A DNA stretch of 64,000 nt from a virus. The DNA lies in IMG/VR virus record IMGVR_UViG_3300024581_002302, positions 22,131 through 86,130 of that record; one strand, written 5' to 3'. This document shows, piece by piece, positions 54,500 through 64,000 of this stretch (position 1 is its first letter; the number at the start of each line of letters is the position of its first letter). The position numbers and the translations under genes were made by a program. The notes beneath the pieces were generated by a model. It saw only the letters and a program-made list of their open reading frames with translations. It ran no database searches and was not told the DNA's origin.

Positions 54500-57400
54500 G
54501 TGGCGAAGCTCGACGCGATCATCCTGAAGACGAGCGACTACTCGCAGACGGATCTGATCGCTTCGATGAAGGGACTCAAGACCACCGGCGGTGGTTTCGA
54601 GCGAGCTGAGCAGGGCGAGATCTATCTCCGCTACACCGGCCAAGGGAAACAAGACACCGAGACTGGGGAACTCATCGACGAGTCCCCGAACCAGGTCGAG
54701 CTGTGGACACTGAACGAAGACGGGACGCCCGTCCAGGTGTCGTTCGACCTATCGGCCGTTGTGCCGCCATACGACCTCGACGCGAACCTGTCGAGCCGGT
54801 CGATCAATCAGCTGGCTGACGTTGAGATCAGCGACCCCGCAGCATCCCAGGTCCTGACATGGGACGGATTGAAGTGGGTCAACCGTGACCTCCCAGAGTT
54901 CGGCGGAGAGGGATCAATCATCCCGACGCTGAACGAAGTCGGCGACGTGAACTACGGGTTCTACGCGGTCGACAACAAGTTCGGACCCGAGCAGGGCGAT
55001 GTCCTGTTCTACAACTACAACTACCAGGAGCAGAAGTACCAGTGGTCGCCCTCGAGGCTTGACATCGATCTGATCGCCGGCATCGAGAGCAGGGGCCGGT
55101 CGTTCGTTGTTGACAACGTCGACTTCGACAACATCGTGATCGGGAACACGGTCGTGTTCTCGAAGGGGCAGGTCGAGTTCGGCAAGTCAGCCGGCGCGGT
55201 CTACATCGCCGCGTATGTGGACGACGACTCGGAGAACGGCAACGGGTGGCTGAGGAATACCCTCTCGATCGGAGACAACGCCCGGTTCAATCTGACCGGG
55301 GACATCATTCTCCAGAACAACAGCAGCAACCCAGACCGAAGGATTAACGGCGTCAAGTACTCGGACGAGTCACAGATTCCTGCAACGCTTCCCGACGAGA
55401 CCTATCTCACCGCAGCTCGTCACGTTCGCCAGCTAATCGAAGCGACTCCCATCGGGAACCTGGCCAACGTCAACGACACCAACATCCTGCAGGGCCAGGT
55501 GCTCGGCTGGGACGCCCTGGCCGGCGAGTACCGCCCGGTGTCTGGTGTGACACCCGACCTGAACTTCTCCTCGATCGAGGACCTCTCAGACGTCTCTGGC
55601 GTGGACAAGGGCCGCGGCAAGCCCCTGGCCTGGGACGACGCAGCCGGCGAGTACAGATCGGCGCGGATCAAGTCCTACGACATCGACTGGAGCTACGCGG
55701 AGATGGGCTTCCGTGGTGCCAACAATCCAGAGACCGGACTCCCGAACGAGTTCGACGAGGAGTACTGCCCCGCATGTGACGAGGACAACCTCGGACGGAT
55801 CGCTGTCGTCAAGAACCTGCCCTACGTGTGCCTGAGGGTTAGGGGTGCTCTGTCGGACTCGAACGCAACCGGAACCGGCAACACGACCTACGGATACACC
55901 CGCCTGCTGATGGACGGGTTCAACAAGGACGCGGGCGGCAACTACGGACCAGACCAGAACCGCCAGGAGTACGAGTTCTTGGGCCGCAAGGACCCGCTGC
56001 AGGTCGTGGCCTACGAGGGCAGCCTGGGCGCACTGACAAATGTCAGCACCGCGGACGTGTTCCCCGGTTCGTCGCTGATCTTCGACCCATCGATCCAAAG
56101 CTTCCGCCAGGGCTATCCGGCCCTGTTCCTTCCCGACTATTCGATCGGCGAGCTGGGAGATGTCGACACCTCAGGCGCTGGCCGCGGCTATGGCCTCCTG
56201 TGGAACGGCAGCCAGTGGGAAGCCAGCACTCTCGACCAGAAGATCAGGCTCGACGATCTGCAGGACGTGCAGTTCGGCTCCCTTGGCGTCACGAACACGA
56301 AGCTCGTCGGCGCGTGGATGCTGACCGCCTCGAACGTCCTCGGTCCGACCTACACGTACAACCAGGACGTCTCGACCACCCTGGCCGTCTCCACTCCGAA
56401 GGCTGACTTCGGCCCAGGTACAACCCTGTCGGGCACCTGGAACGAGGGCCAGTTCGCAGACGGCGCACCCACGCAGGGCGGCACAGCCTTCTTCAACTGG
56501 CGGCAGAGCCCGCCGATGTCGGTCGCTGAGATCCTCGACCTGTACCTGCGCTGGGCTCCTGATGAGTCCTGGCAGACGATCGAGGGCGACGGCTGCATCG
56601 AGCTGTACTTCTACCCGACACAGCTCCTCGATGAGCGGACGATCTTCCGCAAGACCAACAACACACCATCGGGTGGTACCTACATCCTGCAGCTGACCCA
56701 GGCAGGCGGCCTTCGCTTCGCTGTGACTGGTGCGCAGGGCGGCTCCGGTTTCAGTATCACGACACCGATCAACACCGTCTCGCTGAACAACTGGCACCAC
56801 GTCGCCTGTACCAAGGAGCGGAACATGAACCGCTTGTACCTGGACGGCTTCCTGGTCGGTGAGTTCGAGACCGACGCAACCTGGACAGGCGACGGTCAGT
56901 TCGTCCTGGGACGCAACGACCTGAACGACAACAACACGCTGAGCATCCATCCGTTCCGCGGATACATGTCAGATCTGCGTGTGACTCGTGGCCGCGCGAA
57001 ATACACCGGCGCGACCTACACGCCACCAGCATCGATCGAGCAGGAGATCGTCGACACCACCCCAGAGCCGGGCGACTTCCTCAGCTACGACGGCACGAAG
57101 TGGACGAACGTCAGCGGAGTTGAGGGCGACATCAGCAACAAGTCGATCAACGAACTGAACGACGTCGACACCGCATCGGAGAACCCGGAGACCGGCGACG
57201 CCCTGGTCTGGACCGGCAACCAGTGGGAGCCAGGCATCCCTGGCATCGGTGCGACCTGGTCCCTCGACGACATGACCGACGTCGAGACCTTCTACCAGGC
57301 GCAGACTCCCGCGATCAAGTGGAGCCAGGCGGAGCAGTTGATCTGGTCGGACGCCTTCTACGCGAACACAGACGACGGTGGCGCCTTCTATATGAGCCGC

Positions 57401-60160
57401 CCCTTCGGCGGTCAGTACGCCGACGGGCAGGTCCTGAGCTGGTTCGACTGTTCCTACACCTGCGACCCGGAGAGCCCCTGCGGTTCCGATGGCCCGTACT
57501 CCGGAGGCCGGTCGAGCTACATCAAGGTGAGCGACAAGGGCCAGATGACCCTCGGCGCTCAGAAAATCACGATCCCGAACGGTTACGTCGACTGCTCGAT
57601 CGTCGGGTACAAGTACAACGAGGACGTCCTGTACTACACGGCGTGCCCTGACCGATACGAGCCAGGCGAGCAGCCAAACCCCACCGGGGACATCCCGGGC
57701 GATGTGCCTGACACCTACGTCCCGTGCTGGGGTGTGATCGAGGACCACATCGACGAGGCCCTCGCGTACGGAAACCTCGGCGACCTCAAGAACGTTTCAG
57801 GCACCACCCCGACACTGGGCCAGGCCCTCTCCTGGAATGGCACGCAGTGGGCCCCCTCGAGCGAGGTGGCGGCAGACATCAGCCAGAACTCGATCAACGA
57901 CCTCGCCGACGTAAACGTCAGCGGTGTGTATGAGAACGCGACCCTGACCTGGAACGGAGCGGAGTGGGTTCCTGGTGATCAGATGGCATCGATCACCGAC
58001 ATCGGTGACATCACGACCAAGGAGATTAACGACGGCTTCCCGGTCCCCGTTGGCGCGCTGTACGACGCACCCGACAGCAACACCGATACCGGGCGGAATG
58101 AGCTTCTCGATCTCGGCACCGACTCCGGCTTCCGTGGCATCGCTGTGGCTGGCGTCAACCTGTACTCGACCCCAGAGTCCGAGCTGAGCAATGGCCATAA
58201 CGGGATCACCGTCCTGACTTCGCCGACCTCTAATACTGCCGGGTCAGAGAGCTGGCTCGAACTGTCACGGACGCACGCCAGACTCGCGACAAGCAACCAG
58301 AGCAGCAACAACGCCTTCTACGGGCTGAGGCTCGGGAAGCGGATGAAGGTCCTCTATGAGGACGAGACGCTCACCTTCGAGAACTTCGGCGAGTGGGAGA
58401 TCGCACCGAAGGGTCTGCTGAAGACCTACATCGACACCGGCCTGGCGAACCTTGACCTGTCTCCGAACATCCTGGAGAACCTGGGCAACGTTGACACCAC
58501 CGGCAAGGGCAACGGGTACGCCCTGGTGTGGAACGCAGACGCGGGGCAGTGGCAGGCCGAGTCCTCCATCGCTGCAGACATCAGCCTCTCCTCGATCGGC
58601 GAGCTGGTGGACGTCACCAAGGTCGACAACACAGACCTGAACACGAACGACGGGTCTCTGTCCTTTGATGTCGGCAAGTTCCTGACCACTCGGCCGACCC
58701 ATACGAACGGCGGCATCGAGCTGATCAACTCAGACGGGAACGCCCGCATCGGCTGGAGTGCGACACAAGGCGGCGGCATCGTCCTGGAGAACGTGGCCGC
58801 GACCTTCTCCGGTGGCATTGCATCACGGATCGAGGTCGACCCGCAGACGGTGTTCGTGCAAGCGGTCAACGGCCTGCGCTATTCGTCAGCACCTCCGCTG
58901 GTGGATGACGTGATCCCCACCTTCGGCCAGGTCAGGCAGCAGATCGTCAGAGAGCAGACGGACTTCACCGCCCTGTTCTTCCTTGACGGCAACACCCTGT
59001 ACGAGCGGAACTACGGCTGGCCGATCGAGGTCCAGATCACCACGACCCCGAACCCGGTCTACTTCTCACAGTTCGGCGACCAGTCCTCGCTTCACTTCAA
59101 CAAGACGAACCAGGACAAGATCGTCTGGCGTACGAATGAAGGCTGCCCGCAGTTCTGGAGCAGCGAGACGCTGTACGCGTTCGAGATGTGGTTCTACGTC
59201 GACAGCAGCAGCGCTGGCGACAACGACGCCGAGATCCTCTTCGCACCTGCAGGCCTTAACAGCAGCCAACCGTCAGGCCTCTCGATGGGTCTGTGCGGTG
59301 ACAAGCGGAACGAGTTGTGGTTCAGCTACAGCGGGATCACCTTCGGCTCTGGCGCTGACCAGCGTCCGAACGCCAGCACCTCGATCTTCCACGAGTTCCA
59401 GTACGACCAGTGGGTCCACACCGTCATGCAGATGGAGGGCCAGGGCCGCTTCCGTCTTTACGTCGACGGCCTGTTCGTGGGCGAAGTTCAGACCAACCAA
59501 GCACGAGAACTGGAGGGAGGCCTCTCCATTGGTGGTCGTCAGCGCCCGAGCGCAACCGACGAGACGAGCTACCTGACCGCATTCATCGACGACTTCCGCA
59601 TCACCCGCGGCTGGCTGCCCTATCCGGTCGGCCAGAACTCGATCGGTCGTCCTGTCGAACCCTTGCCGCCTGGCGACTACAGGTCCACCTACGGGACCCT
59701 GAACTCCCTGGAGGACGTGCGCTCGATCAGTCCGACGAACGGTCAGGTGTTGATGTACAACGCCGTCGAGGAGATCTGGGAGCCAGGTCCGGCTGACGCG
59801 ATCGCGTACGACATCAGCGGGAACCTGATCAGCGACCTGGGGAACGTCAACGATCAGAACCAGAGCGCAGCAGAGGACGATGTCCTCAGGTGGAACTCTG
59901 TCACCGATACCTGGGAGCGCTCCCGCGTCGATGGGAACGGTGGAGTGCGTCCGATCAACGCGCGCTCGGCCACCCCCGGAGCTGTACCTCAAGCGGGGAC
60001 GCTATTCGCTGGGGAGATCTTCATCAACATGGCGGACAAGCGCGCCTACAGCCTCGACAGCAACGGCCAGCCGTTCACCTTCGCGCTGGCAGCAGACATC
60101 GACGGAATCATTGACCAGATCGACACAACCTTCGACCGCGTAGTCGCGGGGACCTTCTGA
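54500..60160 (+). CDS. Large tail fibre with two LamG/ConA-like domains
   Basis: Repeated L.DV......G..L.W.G..W; WHHVAC..LYLDG..GYMSDLRVT and WVHTV..LYVDG..AFIDDFRIT. Confidence 0.85.
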   Translation: MAKLDAIILKTSDYSQTDLIASMKGLKTTGGGFERAEQGEIYLRYTGQGKQDTETGELIDESPNQVELWTLNEDGTPVQVSFDLSAVVPPYDLDANLSSRSINQLADVEISDPAASQVLTWDGLKWVNRDLPEFGGEGSIIPTLNEVGDVNYGFYAVDNKFGPEQGDVLFYNYNYQEQKYQWSPSRLDIDLIAGIESRGRSFVVDNVDFDNIVIGNTVVFSKGQVEFGKSAGAVYIAAYVDDDSENGNGWLRNTLSIGDNARFNLTGDIILQNNSSNPDRRINGVKYSDESQIPATLPDETYLTAARHVRQLIEATPIGNLANVNDTNILQGQVLGWDALAGEYRPVSGVTPDLNFSSIEDLSDVSGVDKGRGKPLAWDDAAGEYRSARIKSYDIDWSYAEMGFRGANNPETGLPNEFDEEYCPACDEDNLGRIAVVKNLPYVCLRVRGALSDSNATGTGNTTYGYTRLLMDGFNKDAGGNYGPDQNRQEYEFLGRKDPLQVVAYEGSLGALTNVSTADVFPGSSLIFDPSIQSFRQGYPALFLPDYSIGELGDVDTSGAGRGYGLLWNGSQWEASTLDQKIRLDDLQDVQFGSLGVTNTKLVGAWMLTASNVLGPTYTYNQDVSTTLAVSTPKADFGPGTTLSGTWNEGQFADGAPTQGGTAFFNWRQSPPMSVAEILDLYLRWAPDESWQTIEGDGCIELYFYPTQLLDERTIFRKTNNTPSGGTYILQLTQAGGLRFAVTGAQGGSGFSITTPINTVSLNNWHHVACTKERNMNRLYLDGFLVGEFETDATWTGDGQFVLGRNDLNDNNTLSIHPFRGYMSDLRVTRGRAKYTGATYTPPASIEQEIVDTTPEPGDFLSYDGTKWTNVSGVEGDISNKSINELNDVDTASENPETGDALVWTGNQWEPGIPGIGATWSLDDMTDVETFYQAQTPAIKWSQAEQLIWSDAFYANTDDGGAFYMSRPFGGQYADGQVLSWFDCSYTCDPESPCGSDGPYSGGRSSYIKVSDKGQMTLGAQKITIPNGYVDCSIVGYKYNEDVLYYTACPDRYEPGEQPNPTGDIPGDVPDTYVPCWGVIEDHIDEALAYGNLGDLKNVSGTTPTLGQALSWNGTQWAPSSEVAADISQNSINDLADVNVSGVYENATLTWNGAEWVPGDQMASITDIGDITTKEINDGFPVPVGALYDAPDSNTDTGRNELLDLGTDSGFRGIAVAGVNLYSTPESELSNGHNGITVLTSPTSNTAGSESWLELSRTHARLATSNQSSNNAFYGLRLGKRMKVLYEDETLTFENFGEWEIAPKGLLKTYIDTGLANLDLSPNILENLGNVDTTGKGNGYALVWNADAGQWQAESSIAADISLSSIGELVDVTKVDNTDLNTNDGSLSFDVGKFLTTRPTHTNGGIELINSDGNARIGWSATQGGGIVLENVAATFSGGIASRIEVDPQTVFVQAVNGLRYSSAPPLVDDVIPTFGQVRQQIVREQTDFTALFFLDGNTLYERNYGWPIEVQITTTPNPVYFSQFGDQSSLHFNKTNQDKIVWRTNEGCPQFWSSETLYAFEMWFYVDSSSAGDNDAEILFAPAGLNSSQPSGLSMGLCGDKRNELWFSYSGITFGSGADQRPNASTSIFHEFQYDQWVHTVMQMEGQGRFRLYVDGLFVGEVQTNQARELEGGLSIGGRQRPSATDETSYLTAFIDDFRITRGWLPYPVGQNSIGRPVEPLPPGDYRSTYGTLNSLEDVRSISPTNGQVLMYNAVEEIWEPGPADAIAYDISGNLISDLGNVNDQNQSAAEDDVLRWNSVTDTWERSRVDGNGGVRPINARSATPGAVPQAGTLFAGEIFINMADKRAYSLDSNGQPFTFALAADIDGIIDQIDTTFDRVVAGTF

Positions 60161-62046
60161 TGAGTGACCTAAACGCCAAGATCATCCCCCTTCATTCGGA
60201 GGTTGAGGGCCGGGTCCCCACAGACGTGCAGCTCGACGTGGGCGAGCTGGCCTACAACATCACAGACCGCAAGATCTATACGAAGAACGCCGCGGGCGAA
60301 GTGGTCATCCTTGGCCGTGGTGCTGACGAGCAGGGCGACGTGGACGGCCTCCCTGGTGGTGGCTTCAAGCCAATTCAGACACCAGAAATCGGGGCCACCT
60401 ACAGCCACCTCGATGACGCAAGCGGCGCCAGCGATGAAGGCTATGCGCGCTACGCGACGAACTTCAGCACCCCGAAGCCGTTCCTGATCAACGAGGTCGA
60501 CTCGAACGGGAACAGCCTTCGCACCCAGCTCCAGGGACTGCAGGCTGGTGACTCCTTCTGGTGGTCCTTCGATGGTGGCTTCACGACCACCGAGTTCGTG
60601 ATCGACACGATCGACGAAGGATCGAACGGACGCTGGGACCTGACACCAGTCGACACTCCGCCGAACCCTCCGATCGAAGGCGGCGACACCTGGAGCAGCA
60701 GCTACGACACCCCGCAGGAATTCGGCGTCGACTGGCAGTTGTTCCTGAGTGAACCAGGCGGCCCCGTTGATGTTCCCCTGGCTGATGGGGACATGCTCCG
60801 CTACGACGGCGAGTTCTGGCGGCCGCAGCAGAACACCCTCGAGAACCTGGACAACGTCGAAGGCACCGCAGCAGGTGGCAACGTCCTGCAGTACGACGGC
60901 GTCGACTGGCAGATCCGGTCGCTGGACTTCAGCATCGAGGACGCGAACGACTTCGACCTGCGCATTGACACAGGCAGCGGGAACCCGATCGCCAAGGCTA
61001 CAGGCGACGCCCTGGTCTGGGATGGATCGAACTGGGTCCCGGCCAACGTGGCGCAGTTCCTGTCGATCTCAGATCTCACTGACGTGAACACCGTCACCGT
61101 CCCTCCGACTGACGGGCAGGTGCTGGCATGGGATCAGACGCAGGGCTACTGGAAGCCAGCAAACGGCGGAACAGGCGGCGGTGGCAGTGACCTACAAGGC
61201 ACGACCGAGAGCGGCAACACCACCGACCAGGGGATCTTCATCACCAAGGCCGACAGCAGCGCAGCGATCGACCTGACGAACACCGGGGCCTCCACCTTCC
61301 GGGGCCTGATGTCACTCAACACCACGAGCAGAGGAGAGAAGCTCCGCCTGTTCCAGGGTGCAGGTGGCACGGTGAACATCGCCGTCGAGGGAAGCTCCAG
61401 TTCTGACGTCCTGGAGTACAACGTCGAGGACAGCAACGGCAAGCACTCGTTCAAGGTTGACGGCGCCGAGCTGCTGGCACTGAAGGCGCTCACCCTCGAG
61501 GCGAAGCAGAAGGTGACCTCCCCGGTGACCGTGGCTGAGGACCCGGGCAACACGCTGACGACGAAGCGATACGTCGAGGACCTGATCGAGACAGCCACCG
61601 GCGGCGGCCTCTCTGGTGCTGGTGCATTGACCGAGCGCGCAGATGTGACCGTCTCGAACTCGTACCTCGTGGGGCAGACCCGGGACGAGGTCTTCATCGG
61701 ACTCGGCGAGGCTGGCACCTTCGTGCAGGTCACCGTGTCTCGCCCTGCCTGGGTTCGGTTCTACGCCACAGCAGCAGACCGCACCAGCGACTCCGGTCGA
61801 GACTTCGATGTCGATCCACAGCCCGGCTCTGGCGTTCTGCTGGAAGTGAAGACCACCCAGAACGACCAGGTCGTCAAGATCACCCCGGCGGCGATTTACT
61901 ACAACAACGACACGCTCCCGGATCAGGCGCTGTACGCCAAGATCACAAACGACGGGGACGCAGACACGACGATCGCGGTCTCGGTTCGCGCCTACACCCA
62001 GACAAACACGGACACCATCGACGGCGGCTCGTTCGGTTCAGGCTGA
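60160..62046 (+). CDS. Tail fibre protein
   Basis: N-terminal VP....GELAYNITDRKIY; fibre repeats; ends IDGGSFGSG. Confidence 0.8.
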   Translation: MSDLNAKIIPLHSEVEGRVPTDVQLDVGELAYNITDRKIYTKNAAGEVVILGRGADEQGDVDGLPGGGFKPIQTPEIGATYSHLDDASGASDEGYARYATNFSTPKPFLINEVDSNGNSLRTQLQGLQAGDSFWWSFDGGFTTTEFVIDTIDEGSNGRWDLTPVDTPPNPPIEGGDTWSSSYDTPQEFGVDWQLFLSEPGGPVDVPLADGDMLRYDGEFWRPQQNTLENLDNVEGTAAGGNVLQYDGVDWQIRSLDFSIEDANDFDLRIDTGSGNPIAKATGDALVWDGSNWVPANVAQFLSISDLTDVNTVTVPPTDGQVLAWDQTQGYWKPANGGTGGGGSDLQGTTESGNTTDQGIFITKADSSAAIDLTNTGASTFRGLMSLNTTSRGEKLRLFQGAGGTVNIAVEGSSSSDVLEYNVEDSNGKHSFKVDGAELLALKALTLEAKQKVTSPVTVAEDPGNTLTTKRYVEDLIETATGGGLSGAGALTERADVTVSNSYLVGQTRDEVFIGLGEAGTFVQVTVSRPAWVRFYATAADRTSDSGRDFDVDPQPGSGVLLEVKTTQNDQVVKITPAAIYYNNDTLPDQALYAKITNDGDADTTIAVSVRAYTQTNTDTIDGGSFGSG

Positions 62047-62079
62047 TCGGAAACCTGGGCCGTCTTAAAGCTGGGCCCC

Positions 62080-64000
62080 GTGGCGGATTTCAACGCACGA
62101 ATCAAACCGAAGCGCTCGACAGTCTCTGGTGAAGTACCAACTGGAGCAGACCTCGAGGTCGGCGAGATCGCGCTGTCGACCGCTGACGCGAAGCTGTTCA
62201 CCAAGCACATCGACGGAACGATCAAGGAGATCTCCGGCACCGGTGGTGGAGGTGGTGGGTCAGTTGATGAGATCGAAGACATCGGCAACGTCGACGGACG
62301 CCAGCAGGTCCGCTCCGACATCCTGAGCTGGGACACCCGAGGAGCGGTAGATCCGACAGCGCAGGGTGGCTGGTACTACGACGCAACGAACCAAGTCATC
62401 AACCTGTACAAGGCGGCAGGCGACGGGACCGACATCAAGTCCTTCGTCGAATCAATGCCGACCACCGGGGTCCTGTACTTCTCCTCGGACAATGCCGCAT
62501 ACAGCGACATCGCATACACGAGCCGAGTGATCAACGGGGACGTGATCCGCTTCGGGCTGGTCCTCCCTGGTGGTGAGCCTGATGTTTCAGTCACTCAGGT
62601 CTGGATCACCTTCACTAATCCGTACGAGGCGGCAGAGAGCCTCGACGGGGACATCCTTCTGTATGACGCCGCAGAGGGCGCCTGGAAGCCGACAGAGAAC
62701 ACCCTGGACAAGTTGACCGACGTCGAGCCAGGGACGCCCACAGACGGGCAGGTGCTCACCTACGAGACCGACAAGTGGGTGGCGAAGAACCAGTCCTCCC
62801 GGATTCAGGACGCGCCCGACTTCAAGCTGAACAACAGCAGCTTCCAAGGCGTGATCCTGGACACGCGGCGGACAAGTGGCTTCTGCGCTGCGGACGGCGA
62901 GTTCTCAGCCATTGAAAGCAACAACCCCGCCGTCGGGGACTACTTCACCTACTACGGCGGCGGCAGCGACTGGACGCAGTTCCAGAAGCTCGAAGCCGGC
63001 GACCCGCTGATCTTCAGGTTTGACGACAACTCGACCCATGCCACGACATTCGTCAACACAGCTCTGAACGGTGGCACCGAGTGGTACATGTCGGTCGCTG
63101 ACGACTGGCCGGCTATCGCTGCAACCACGACGACGCTCACGGTCAGCAGCAACAAGTTCGACACCGTCGAAAGCGAGACGAATGACATTCCTCTGGCCGA
63201 GGGCGACATCCTGCAGTGGGACGTGAGCGAGCAGGCGTTCCGCCCGCTTGCGAGTGACGAGATCCCCCACTCGATCCAGACCTCGAGCGACTTCGCGCTG
63301 GCGGTAGACGGAGAGGCCCTGCCAGGACTGGGGACGGTGGAAGCCACCGGGACGTGGTCGACGTTCATGGACGCCCATAGCGACACGCCGGGCTACGAGT
63401 TCCCGAGCGTGGCCGGGCACTGGCGCCTGTACTACGACCCGAACGACGACGAGATCAGCGGCCAGTTCGCCACGACTGACGACACCGGGACGGTCAACGT
63501 GTCGGACTGGGAGAACTTCAGCGTCGTCGGCCTGAGGGTCCTGTTCAAGGCAGGGGGAAACACCTTCGGACCATTCGATGTCAAGGCTCCCGACGGGTTC
63601 ACGACCCGGGGCTACGGAACCAGTTTCGCGATCGACGGCGATGACTGGCCCGAGTTCCTGACCGAGTTCCCCCTGGCCTACAGCCTGGGCAACCCGCAGA
63701 GAGCGCCTGACGACGTTCCCTACGAGCTGGAGATCTACATCGGCTACGGCAGCGGCGACGGCGGGAACGACGAGGCCGGAGTCCCACTGGCCGATGGTGA
63801 CATCCTGCAGTGGAACAACCTTCGCCAGAAGTTCGTCCCTGCTCAGCTCTCCAACCAGGGCGGCGGCGGCGCTGTGGACAGCGTGAACGAACAGACCGGG
63901 GCCGTGTCTCTGGGCATCCCGGACATGAACGACGTCGACGCCGCGTTCGTGGAAGACGAGCAGGTCCTGGCATGGAACGAGGCCACGCAGACCTGGGTCC
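62080..64000 (+). CDS. Tail fibre protein, 3'-truncated (not in the ORF track)
   Basis: GTG 23 nt after GGAAACCT; MADFNARIKPKRSTVSGEVPTGADLEVGEIALSTAD; frame appears open to the window end. Confidence 0.85.
   Translation, partial: MADFNARIKPKRSTVSGEVPTGADLEVGEIALSTADAKLFTKHIDGTIKEISGTGGGGGGSVDEIEDIGNVDGRQQVRSDILSWDTRGAVDPTAQGGWYYDATNQVINLYKAAGDGTDIKSFVESMPTTGVLYFSSDNAAYSDIAYTSRVINGDVIRFGLVLPGGEPDVSVTQVWITFTNPYEAAESLDGDILLYDAAEGAWKPTENTLDKLTDVEPGTPTDGQVLTYETDKWVAKNQSSRIQDAPDFKLNNSSFQGVILDTRRTSGFCAADGEFSAIESNNPAVGDYFTYYGGGSDWTQFQKLEAGDPLIFRFDDNSTHATTFVNTALNGGTEWYMSVADDWPAIAATTTTLTVSSNKFDTVESETNDIPLAEGDILQWDVSEQAFRPLASDEIPHSIQTSSDFALAVDGEALPGLGTVEATGTWSTFMDAHSDTPGYEFPSVAGHWRLYYDPNDDEISGQFATTDDTGTVNVSDWENFSVVGLRVLFKAGGNTFGPFDVKAPDGFTTRGYGTSFAIDGDDWPEFLTEFPLAYSLGNPQRAPDDVPYELEIYIGYGSGDGGNDEAGVPLADGDILQWNNLRQKFVPAQLSNQGGGGAVDSVNEQTGAVSLGIPDMNDVDAAFVEDEQVLAWNEATQTWV

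Overview
A 64-kb fragment of a GC-rich (about 60-65% by inspection) long-tailed dsDNA cyanophage with siphovirus-type tail genes. The host is probably Synechococcus/Cyanobium-like, inferred from hli, a CpcS/CpeS-like lyase and a glutamine-II riboswitch upstream of a DUF4278 gene. Bases 1-20,000 hold a 5'-truncated class II ribonucleotide reductase, a lambda-type lysozyme, a DUF4055-type portal, a MuF minor head protein with a C-terminal HExxH peptidase, and many small promoter-gene-terminator cassettes. Bases 20,000-64,000 hold the neck/tail module: a GGGAAAG -1 frameshift chaperone, a major tail protein with an in-frame post-amber extension, a 1964-aa tape measure protein, Dit/hub-like proteins, a tail protein with two intact type-1 copper-like motifs, a 3089-aa extremely Cys-rich protein and several large fibre proteins. 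An 8-bp motif (GGAAnnCT, variants GGTACnCT/CGTACnTT) lies about 20-29 nt before some 30 start codons. No terminase, major capsid protein, tRNA, rRNA or CRISPR array was seen. All family names come from motif recognition by eye; no database search was run.
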